Positions 55,850 through 64,000 of a stretch of DNA of 64,000 nucleotides are shown here, piece after piece (within the stretch, counting starts at the first letter, position 1; every line of letters begins with the position of its first letter). The translations under genes and the position numbers were made by a program. This stretch comes from a virus. Below the pieces are notes generated by a model. That model worked only from the letters and a program-made list of their open reading frames with translations. It ran no database searches and was not told where the DNA came from. Where the stretch lies: positions 1 to 64,000 of IMG/VR virus record IMGVR_UViG_3300032235_000437. One strand, given 5' to 3'.

Positions 55850-56073
55850 AGGATTGTCCAAGTCTCCCCAGAACCTATTGTTACTGTAATACCGTTATCT
55901 ATAGTTATAGGACCTATGCTCATTGCATTATAGCCGTTAGGTACGGTATAACTTACCTGCACGTTACCCTTATTTAACCAAAAAGGTAGCGTAGAATCTT
56001 GCTGAACAAAACCTAAATTGTTTGCGTTCCTAGAGTCATCTATAAGACTTGTTCCGTTAAGTAAAAATGCCAT
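55846..56073 (-). CDS. Small virion/tail fibre adaptor-like protein
   Basis: YTVPNGYNAMSIGPITIDNGITVTIGSGETWTIL, a conserved phage C-terminal motif. Confidence 0.65.
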   Translation of the reverse strand: MAFLLNGTSLIDDSRNANNLGFVQQDSTLPFWLNKGNVQVSYTVPNGYNAMSIGPITIDNGITVTIGSGETWTIL

Positions 56074-56075
56074 AG

Positions 56076-57260
56076 TTACTCCTTATTAAATATCAGTCTA
56101 AACTGTTCTTTAAGTTTTGTCAACAAAGATTTATTTTTGTCTTTTTTAAGCGCCTCAACTTCTGAGTTTAGTTCTTTTAGCGCTTCAATTAATAGTCCTA
56201 CTATGTTACCGTAGGATACAGTTTTGTACTCACCTTCTGTAACAACTTCAGGTAGTATAGACTCAATTTCTTGTGCGATTACGCCAATCGACCTGCTTCC
56301 GTGAATATCAAAATAGGTTCCGCGCAGTGCTAACACTTTACTTAGTGCGTTATCAACAGTATGTACGTTACTTTTTACTCTAATATCTGATAGAGAGTTA
56401 AAGTCAGTGGCTGTAACTCTACCGCTTGAGGGGTTAAAGTATAGCTTAGTAGAAGATATAGCTGAGTTACTTACGTCGCCTGAAGTTACATCTGTGAAAG
56501 TAATATAACGTGTAGCGTTAGTAGCAGTATCGTCTGTTATATTAGTAGTACCTAAGCGAGCCCAAGCAGCACCGGTATAGACCTCTGGGGTAGCATTGGT
56601 TGTATTATATCTAAACATACCCGCGGCAGGAGCACTAGGACGTTGAACTGTAGTACCTAAAGGTAATCTAATCGCTGCGTTACTAGCAAAAATAGCATTA
56701 CCAGTTACGTGAAATTCTGCTAACGGGCTAGGAGTGTTGATACCGACGTTAGCAGTAGCTAATAGTGTAACGGCAGTTACACTTTGCCCAGAGAATGCAA
56801 CGTTATTTAATGTACCTACGCTGTAGCCTTGTGGAGCACCTACGTCAATGAAAGAACCAATAGCGTCAGTATTACTATTTCTAAAGTATAGTCGTCCAGT
56901 ATCTATAGTTCCTACTAGCTCACCTACTTCATAAGTTGTTCTATTAGCTGTAAGAGCAGCTAAGTTATTTTCTACACGATTACCAATACCAACTCTAGTA
57001 AAGTTACCGCCCACTGGTGAGCTTTTCTTGTTTACAGAGTCTGCAATGTATAGTGCTCCTGTTGTAGCACTTCGGAACAGAGTTCCGTTAGGTGTAGCTA
57101 AGCCAGCACCAGCTACAGTAAAATTAACTGTAGCGGGCGCTGCTGCGGAATAAAAACTACTTAAAATAGAACGAAAACTATCATTTTGTTGTAATCTAGC
57201 AGTGTTTAAAGAAGTACCTGCTGTTGGTTCTGTATAAGTATTAGAGTTAGTTAAAGACAT
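56076..57260 (-). CDS. Tail fibre with C-terminal intramolecular chaperone (peptidase S74)
   Basis: VGINTPSP, LPLGTTVQRP...FRYNT, SDIRVK (S-D-x-R-x-K autocleavage), GVIAQE and V.YGNIVGLLIEALKEL. Confidence 0.88.
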   Translation of the reverse strand: MSLTNSNTYTEPTAGTSLNTARLQQNDSFRSILSSFYSAAAPATVNFTVAGAGLATPNGTLFRSATTGALYIADSVNKKSSPVGGNFTRVGIGNRVENNLAALTANRTTYEVGELVGTIDTGRLYFRNSNTDAIGSFIDVGAPQGYSVGTLNNVAFSGQSVTAVTLLATANVGINTPSPLAEFHVTGNAIFASNAAIRLPLGTTVQRPSAPAAGMFRYNTTNATPEVYTGAAWARLGTTNITDDTATNATRYITFTDVTSGDVSNSAISSTKLYFNPSSGRVTATDFNSLSDIRVKSNVHTVDNALSKVLALRGTYFDIHGSRSIGVIAQEIESILPEVVTEGEYKTVSYGNIVGLLIEALKELNSEVEALKKDKNKSLLTKLKEQFRLIFNKE

Positions 57261-57262
57261 TA

Positions 57263-60200
57263 TTATACCCCGATAGCTGTGATCATTATATTAGCTGTAC
57301 TATTTGCTTGATATAGCCCAGTACCATCACTAGCGATAAGTTTAAAAGATATAGATTGATTTGATGCAGCAGTTGTTACAACAACTGATGGGTTAGCCTC
57401 AGCATCTATTTGGTTTAGTACAGCATAGCTTATAGCAGGTCTGCTTAAGAATTTTGCCGAACTTATATCAATAGTTTTAGGAGAAGCATCATATACTACA
57501 GTTGATGTAAATACTGTTTGTTCTTTATCTATACTATACCTAAATCTATCTAAAGTAAAGTCATATTCATCAGGTCTACTGTTGTTTACGATATATTTTA
57601 TTTGGAAGTATCTAAAGGTTTTAGTTCCAACTTCGTAAGGAATCCAACCATCACCTGAAGCACTAAACGCAGACACGTTAACGTTACCGTTAGCGTAGTA
57701 TGGATTTTCTATAGTTGTTCTAATATAAGTTTGAGCAGTAACTGATCCTAGAGTTCCAACATAGGTAGCAGTTCCTGGGTCGTTATACTGTAGTAAATCT
57801 ACTAGCGTATAAGCGTCATTACCAGAAGTTACGTTTGCAAAAGTGTTTCCTCCAGTAGGAATACCGTTTGCATGATAGCTAGCTCCAAGCGCAATAGCAT
57901 TAGCATTTATTAATCCTGCTATTAGCGCATATGAATTAAGATTTGCTGTATCACCATTGAATTGGCCATGGTTCCATATAGCCCAAACGTTACCGCTAGT
58001 GCTACCAGTCATCCAAGTACGATTATTAGCATCATAACGTGGTGATACTACGCTTGCATTTGAAAAACCTAGTACTCGACCTATACCGCCAAAACTAGTG
58101 TCAATTAGAACATTTGCAGCACTAGAAACATCTGTAACACCAGGTAAATAACGTTCATGTTGGTCATTATAGGTGCTCTGTATTTCCTGAGTAGCTTCGG
58201 TGTCGATATTTATCTGACCAGTAACAGCTTGACCAAAGTCACGAATTTGTGTAATATATTCAGCACTCTCAGTAGCTAATAGGTTAGTAGGAGAACCTGC
58301 AACAGTACTCCAACCACTACTAGAACCGTTAGCATTATCTACTCTACTGGTATAAGAATAGGCTATACCACTAGTATTAGAGTTTGCTCTAGACGGGAAG
58401 TTAAACTCAGTGGAGTTGTTATTAGGCAGTCCGTCAATAAAAATTTCAGAAGGGTTATCTTCGTTATAAGCAGCCACAGTTGTAGAACGTTGTGCACGAG
58501 TTGTAGTAATAACAGCACCAACAACACTGTCACTTAAGTTACCGCTAGTATCTTTTGTTCTAGCTAGGTAAGTGTAAGTACCATAGTTGTCAATTGGTAC
58601 AGACTTACGAGCAGACGGTACAGATACGGTAACTAGCGGGCTAGCAACTGTGAAGTTTTCTAGCGTAGCTGCCACTTCGCCAGGGAATCTATTGATGATA
58701 ACTTCTTTTAAGTCTAAGTCTACCAGATCTCCAGAAGATCTAGCATAGTTCCAGAAGAAGGTAATAACTTCGTTTTGTTGTCCACCAGTAAAACCTGTAA
58801 TATTTTGAGGCTTAGCTGTTTTACCTACAATACTTTTCTCTGCTACAGCGGTAACACCTCTTATGCTCTTGTTGAGCGGTGTAACTCTAATAGTTATAGC
58901 ATTATCTTCTGACACCTGACCACGGTTTACGTTGTTGATAGTAAATCTAATTTTACCATCAGCATCTACACCAGTAGCAGGAACTTTAACAGTATTGAAC
59001 GCAGTTAGAGGAATACCGCCGTCATCACTACCTACGCTATCTACAGTAGATAGTTTGTAAGATATTTCATAATCTGTAACTTCTTGGCCAACGATATGAT
59101 CAAAAGTACAAGTAATTCTAGTACTTACACCACCTGTTTGCTCACGATACAGAGATTCCTGTATTTGCAGATTCTGTACTTTTTGTATAGGTAGCTGCTC
59201 AACTAATACACTCTTAGTAACATAAGGACTAAAACGTCCTAGCGTATTTTTATTTCTAGCTTTGACAGTGGTTACGCCAAGAGGTAGCTCTGGTAGTTTT
59301 AGGTCATCTGTTAAGAAAGCCTTTTCAAAACTAGAGGATAGCTCTAATGAATATACACCGCTATTAGCTAGTGAGAATATACCAGGATAAGCCTCGGTAG
59401 AATATACTAGCGTAAAAGTATTATCTTCTACATCAGTTACTGTTCCTACAGGATTTTGAGTTATGTTAATAAACTCAAAACCAGATAGATCTAGCTGAGG
59501 AGCGCTATCTAGCGTGATAATAAATATAGAATTACTAGTTAACGCTACGTTATACCCAGCTGACGAAGTGTCATAAGTTGAGTTTACTACAGTAAAGGTA
59601 TTGCCGTAGTTAACTTCAAGTCTATCACCTATTTCAATAGTTGGTACAGTATACACATATGATTGTGCTCTAAAAGTAGTCTCACTAGGATTTTTTGTGT
59701 ATACTACGTTAGAGGCTAGCGCAGAAGTTTTATTTAAGTTAACTGTGTATAGACCGTTACTCTTTTGAATGCCGTCTACAAAGAATTTAACGTCATTTAC
59801 AGAGCGAACTTTGTTCGGTAACTCAACAGTAGTGACTGTATCAGATAAATTACCTTCTACAACTTGATCTATTTCTGTACCTTTTACATAAACACTATTA
59901 TTTGCATAGTAGTTTTTAGCTAGTACCTGATTTAAGCTTACGTAGAACGGTGGTGTAGGTAGCGCAGAGCTAAGAGTGGTAAGCCCTGCGGCAGTATCTT
60001 GTATTACAACTGTATCTGTGGATAGATTATAAGAAGTTATATCTCTAGTCATAGAGGTAATATCAGACTGATAGCCTACAAAGTTTATTATGCCTTGTAC
60101 ATTTGCTTTTTCTCTAATAGGTATATTTATTTGATCAATACCTTTAAGATTAGGTACTGTTACACCGTCATTTACTTCTAGAACGTGTTGATTAAAGTTT

Positions 60201-62917
60201 CTATCTACGCATAGTTTTAATCCCTCAAGAGTTAGAGTTATGGACCCAGGCGCAGTTACAACAGTATTACATAGCAGCTGTATATCACCAGCAGGAGTTG
60301 TGAATCCATTTTTACCTGATACTATACAGCTTAGAGTGTTATTAGCTATATTAGTAGTATCTGTTACGCCTAGAGTAAGTGGATTTTGTACGTAAACATT
60401 TGCAATAGGCACAATATTGTCTGGTCTAGCAACATAATACTCTGTTTCAAATTTTTGACCATAGCCTAGAGATTCAGTTCTATTATTTAATATACCGTCA
60501 TATACCACGCTACCATCTGCGGTAGTTCTAGAAGTTACTGCAAAAGTAAACACAGGAGAAGGTGGAGAGCTAAACGGGCTTGTGATATCTACATAAGCTG
60601 TAGGCTCATAATTAATAAAGGTATCAGAATCTATATAAACATTAGATATATACTCAATACCAGATACTATAACGTCAACTTCATTAGAGTCGCGTTTAAC
60701 TCCAGTAACTTTAAATAGCTTACCAGACTTATTAGTATAGTAGTTGTTAGGATTTTCAAACTCGCCAATAGTCCACAGATCATTTGTACGAGGTACAATA
60801 TTTTCAGTGAAACCGCTAGTTAGATTTTCTATACGTCTAGTTAAAGGATTAAATCTACTAGTTACTTGTACAGTAGCTAAGTCAAAACCAGTAGAAACAT
60901 CATCACTTGACCCTAAGCTAAACACAGAGTTGCTTAAGATATATAAATCCATCTTATCACTATCTATTTTGATAATACGAAGAGCTAGAGGGTATGTATT
61001 AGCTGTAAATACAGAGTTAGATAAGCTAGGAACGGTATAGTGCTCTAAAAATACATTGGTGTTAGTGCTAGAGGTAAGAGCAGAGTTAGCACTAATTCTA
61101 CCACCATATCCGTATGCAATACCTGTTCCGTTTGTAGCAATAGAAATAACATCGCCAGGAGCTAGAGTCAGTGCTTCTGTACTAGTAGTAAAGGTAATAT
61201 TTCTACGAAGGTATCTAGAGGCGGCAATTTGATATTGCCCAAGTCTAATAGCTTGGCTTCTTCTAGTCACACCCGTTAAATCTAGAGAAGCAATATTTTC
61301 AATTGTTTGTACTTCTCTACCGTCGTTAGCCTCAGCTAAATCTAGTCTGACAACTTCACGCTTATAATGGTTTGTAGGTTCTACGTAAGTAATATCTACA
61401 CCTGTATAGATTTCGCTCTCTCTTATACCGGATATTTGAAAAGAACCTTGTTTAATATTTGTTTCGTTGAACAACATAACAGGGAATTCTTCTGGCATAT
61501 CTACAGCTAGGCTTATCTTACCGCCAGAATACACTAACATACTGCGGAAGGTAGCAGTAATTTTATTTAGAATATCCATAGTTTTTTCTTGATCAGAAAT
61601 AGTAACATCAGTGATAAAACGACGTTCTACCACTTTACTACCTTTAGGCAGTCCTATTTGATTTTCTCTAATGGCTGTATACAGAGTTCTTGGTTTATAT
61701 CTAAAAGATCCATCAGCTACTGCGCTAACACCGATAAATTTACCAGTTTCAGAATCACAGGCATCACAGTACTGTGCTATCTGGTAAAAACGATATTTAT
61801 CAATATTTTCTTCAGGAATACCTAACCCGTAGGTTTTATTAGTTAATATATCGTATACTATCCATACAGGATTTTGAGTCCAAGAATACACAAAGGTGCC
61901 ATCCCAGCTACCTGTGTAGATTTCTGGATTAGTTGCGTATAGAATTGTGCTAGTACCTGGTCTTTGCAGTCTATAACCATAGCTTGTATAGTCTGAGTTA
62001 GATACTTCTAGTTCTCTCCAGTCTATTTCTCCTGAAGCTAGAATAGGTTGATTATAGTTAGAAGGTACTTTAACTAGCAACCCTTTTACTAAACTCGTAA
62101 AATTAGGAACACCACCAGTATGCTCATCAGTAGCTTTTAGAGCATAACCAATTAAAGCAGTTCTTGGGTATGCTTGTCTAACATACTTTATCTCATCCCA
62201 GCCAATTATCTTGATATTATCTCTAAATCTAGGAGTATCATTATCGTCACTAGTTTTTTCAATAGTAAACTTATAGCCATCTACAGATCTAGATTCAAGA
62301 GGTATTTCAGCTTTTTCACTAAACTTATATCCAGTATCTGTTTTTTCACTAACAGTCTTATCTATAATAGATATTATAGTAGTACCTATTCTGTCATATA
62401 TAGTTATTCTGTAACTTACAGAGGCTGGGTATACGTTGCCTTTAGTATCAGCAGAGTATAGCTCTTCTATCAAAAAGTTAAATCTTATAGCATCCCAGTC
62501 ACTAGCACTAGTTTCTTGCAAAGTAACTTTAGAGCTAGGAATACCGTCTAAGTTACCTTTTTTTAAGGCAACCTGAGACGCAAAGATCTGAGGTGTTACA
62601 ATTTCGTCACCAAAAATAGGTAATGGGTCTTGTGTAGGAGTACCTGTAGCTGTGATTGTTAAAAACTTATCAGTATTTTCTAGACCGTTAGAATCTAAGT
62701 TGATTAAGTCGTCTATAGCACTATCTTGAATTTGAATATCTTGAGGACCGTTAGGGTTAATACGGTATATAGGTCCTTCACCTAAAGCATTAGTTAGATA
62801 TAAAATATCAGTAGAAAATAGAGAATTAGGGCGAATTACTCCGCCTCCCTTACCGCCGCCTCCAGCCCCTTTAATTACAGGTACTTGCTGACTATTGAAT
62901 CGTACAAATTTTTTCAT
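57263..62917 (-). CDS. Central tail tip/host-specificity protein (lambda J/T5 pb3-like)
   Basis: KGAGGGGKGG, LGEGPI, YPRTAL, GSWDGTF..WTQNP.W, QYCD and GVTRRSQAIR motifs; FN3-like C-terminal domains. Confidence 0.9.
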   Translation of the reverse strand: MKKFVRFNSQQVPVIKGAGGGGKGGGVIRPNSLFSTDILYLTNALGEGPIYRINPNGPQDIQIQDSAIDDLINLDSNGLENTDKFLTITATGTPTQDPLPIFGDEIVTPQIFASQVALKKGNLDGIPSSKVTLQETSASDWDAIRFNFLIEELYSADTKGNVYPASVSYRITIYDRIGTTIISIIDKTVSEKTDTGYKFSEKAEIPLESRSVDGYKFTIEKTSDDNDTPRFRDNIKIIGWDEIKYVRQAYPRTALIGYALKATDEHTGGVPNFTSLVKGLLVKVPSNYNQPILASGEIDWRELEVSNSDYTSYGYRLQRPGTSTILYATNPEIYTGSWDGTFVYSWTQNPVWIVYDILTNKTYGLGIPEENIDKYRFYQIAQYCDACDSETGKFIGVSAVADGSFRYKPRTLYTAIRENQIGLPKGSKVVERRFITDVTISDQEKTMDILNKITATFRSMLVYSGGKISLAVDMPEEFPVMLFNETNIKQGSFQISGIRESEIYTGVDITYVEPTNHYKREVVRLDLAEANDGREVQTIENIASLDLTGVTRRSQAIRLGQYQIAASRYLRRNITFTTSTEALTLAPGDVISIATNGTGIAYGYGGRISANSALTSSTNTNVFLEHYTVPSLSNSVFTANTYPLALRIIKIDSDKMDLYILSNSVFSLGSSDDVSTGFDLATVQVTSRFNPLTRRIENLTSGFTENIVPRTNDLWTIGEFENPNNYYTNKSGKLFKVTGVKRDSNEVDVIVSGIEYISNVYIDSDTFINYEPTAYVDITSPFSSPPSPVFTFAVTSRTTADGSVVYDGILNNRTESLGYGQKFETEYYVARPDNIVPIANVYVQNPLTLGVTDTTNIANNTLSCIVSGKNGFTTPAGDIQLLCNTVVTAPGSITLTLEGLKLCVDRNFNQHVLEVNDGVTVPNLKGIDQINIPIREKANVQGIINFVGYQSDITSMTRDITSYNLSTDTVVIQDTAAGLTTLSSALPTPPFYVSLNQVLAKNYYANNSVYVKGTEIDQVVEGNLSDTVTTVELPNKVRSVNDVKFFVDGIQKSNGLYTVNLNKTSALASNVVYTKNPSETTFRAQSYVYTVPTIEIGDRLEVNYGNTFTVVNSTYDTSSAGYNVALTSNSIFIITLDSAPQLDLSGFEFINITQNPVGTVTDVEDNTFTLVYSTEAYPGIFSLANSGVYSLELSSSFEKAFLTDDLKLPELPLGVTTVKARNKNTLGRFSPYVTKSVLVEQLPIQKVQNLQIQESLYREQTGGVSTRITCTFDHIVGQEVTDYEISYKLSTVDSVGSDDGGIPLTAFNTVKVPATGVDADGKIRFTINNVNRGQVSEDNAITIRVTPLNKSIRGVTAVAEKSIVGKTAKPQNITGFTGGQQNEVITFFWNYARSSGDLVDLDLKEVIINRFPGEVAATLENFTVASPLVTVSVPSARKSVPIDNYGTYTYLARTKDTSGNLSDSVVGAVITTTRAQRSTTVAAYNEDNPSEIFIDGLPNNNSTEFNFPSRANSNTSGIAYSYTSRVDNANGSSSGWSTVAGSPTNLLATESAEYITQIRDFGQAVTGQINIDTEATQEIQSTYNDQHERYLPGVTDVSSAANVLIDTSFGGIGRVLGFSNASVVSPRYDANNRTWMTGSTSGNVWAIWNHGQFNGDTANLNSYALIAGLINANAIALGASYHANGIPTGGNTFANVTSGNDAYTLVDLLQYNDPGTATYVGTLGSVTAQTYIRTTIENPYYANGNVNVSAFSASGDGWIPYEVGTKTFRYFQIKYIVNNSRPDEYDFTLDRFRYSIDKEQTVFTSTVVYDASPKTIDISSAKFLSRPAISYAVLNQIDAEANPSVVVTTAASNQSISFKLIASDGTGLYQANSTANIMITAIGV

Positions 62918-62928
62918 ATTTTCTAACC

Positions 62929-64000
62929 TTAATAAATTACAATAACTGCGCCAGTAGTACCCGACAAGCTGCTTGGAGATCCGCCACCGCCTGGTCTATT
63001 GACTCCAGTAGCTGTCCATGTAGCTGTGACACGGTTATACTGTTGCTCACCCATAGTAACGATTTGTTGTCTAAGACTACTATAAGCAGATCCTATAAAT
63101 TTATGTCGTAGGGCTAAGAGTTTAGTTGACCATTCAGGCGTAGATACGTTGCCTGCATATACAACTGAGTTAGGCTGATTGGAAGAACCTGTGCCCGCAG
63201 TACCGGCAATACCATTTCTAGCTGGACTGAATCCCCCACCTGAGCTGGCACTAGTACCGTTAGAGCCTCCTGTAGCTCTGACTGGGAAAGAACCAAGAAT
63301 TGGTGTACCGAAAGCAGAAGTTCTAGCAGCTAGTAAACCGTTCGTACCAACAACAACAGGCATGACCTGGCCAGGAGTTACTGATATTTGTGCTATAACT
63401 AAACCACCAGCACCTCCAGCACCGCCAGCATAAGTCTGTCCCGTGCCTGGATTGGTTGCACTAGCGCCGCTAGCACCACCACCACCAGCAGCAATAACTG
63501 TTAGAGACGTTACTCCGGCAGGCACTGTAAAGTTACCAGAAGCACTGAAAATTTGTAAGCCAGTAGCTGTGTCGCCGTTATAACCAGCCAAGAACAGCGC
63601 ACGCTCTAGCTCTTGGTCTGCCGCGGCAGTAGCGGCGGTATCAAGTACCTCGCCATATACGTTTAAGTTCTGAGTTTTTCCATGACCTACGCTTAGTACA
63701 TAACCACTTATTAGCTGTCCCGCAATTCGCATCATACCATAGTTAAGAGGTACAGGAGTGCCAGACGCAGTACTGTTAGTTAGTGAGCCAAACATGTCAT
63801 TTTGTCTAGTATTTTCTTCACTAGGCTTATTAGCAAAAAGTGACGATAATAGAGCAAGACCAATATTGACTACTAAATTCTGTAAAAACCCACCCATACC
63901 GCCTAGCGTACTTGCAATAGTACCGCCGAGACCTCCAGCACCAGCAACGGTAGCACCGATAGGTGCTGCAGCGCCTGCAGCAGCCGCACCAGCAGCCATA
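62929..64000 (-). CDS. Tail assembly protein I-like (5' truncated) with an appended glycine-rich domain
   Basis: FGSLTNSTASGTPVPLNYGMMRIAGQLIS, then SGNFTVPAGVT...GGGG...GAVIVIY. Confidence 0.75.
   Translation of the reverse strand, partial: MAAGAAAAGAAAPIGATVAGAGGLGGTIASTLGGMGGFLQNLVVNIGLALLSSLFANKPSEENTRQNDMFGSLTNSTASGTPVPLNYGMMRIAGQLISGYVLSVGHGKTQNLNVYGEVLDTAATAAADQELERALFLAGYNGDTATGLQIFSASGNFTVPAGVTSLTVIAAGGGGASGASATNPGTGQTYAGGAGGAGGLVIAQISVTPGQVMPVVVGTNGLLAARTSAFGTPILGSFPVRATGGSNGTSASSGGGFSPARNGIAGTAGTGSSNQPNSVVYAGNVSTPEWSTKLLALRHKFIGSAYSSLRQQIVTMGEQQYNRVTATWTATGVNRPGGGGSPSSLSGTTGAVIVIY

Noticed and set aside
52789-57260. Diversity-generating retroelement or shufflon acting on the fibre genes
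   Set aside because: No reverse transcriptase, invertase, TR/VR pair or repeated crossover sites were seen.
1084-63433. Many short antisense or alternate-frame ORFs in the track (e.g. 1445, 3381, 3914, 9799, 24681, 30442, 39680, 50183, 60744, 63179)
   Set aside because: They are shadows of well-supported genes, with no RBS or recognisable motifs.
1-64000. Stop-codon reassignment suggested by abundant TAG trinucleotides
   Set aside because: Core genes translate full length in code 11, and TAG ends some genes. The TAGs arise out of frame from CTA-G codon pairs.

Overview
This 64 kb window comes from an AT-rich, densely coding, lytic tailed dsDNA phage with a T5-like (Demerecviridae-type) core. 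On the + strand lie NAD ligase, D5, DnaB-type helicase, primase, PolA, D10 helicase, D11 SSB, D12/D13 (SbcD/C), D14 and D15. These converge on minus-strand late genes: tail tip, tail fibres and fibre chaperones. The host is probably an alphaproteobacterium, most likely Rhodobacteraceae. That inference rests on a permuted two-piece tmRNA with tag ANDNFAPVSLALAA, a Roseobacter-like PstS and a class II RNR. Auxiliary genes include pstS with a clear Pho box, phoH, UV-damage endonuclease, bS21, thyX, dUTPase and glutaredoxin. The most unusual elements are: (1) a ~110-nt highly structured intervening segment inside the tmRNA gene; (2) a promoter- and terminator-bounded antisense noncoding element with three GGA-triloop hairpins in the replication module; (3) about 18 glycan synthesis or tailoring genes in four places, one fused to the tail-fibre operon; (4) a set of tiny Lys-rich proteins, several missed by the ORF track, including an apparently split DUF5872-like gene; and (5) an intact but catalytically eroded carbamoyltransferase. 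All family assignments come from motif recognition by eye; no database searches were run.
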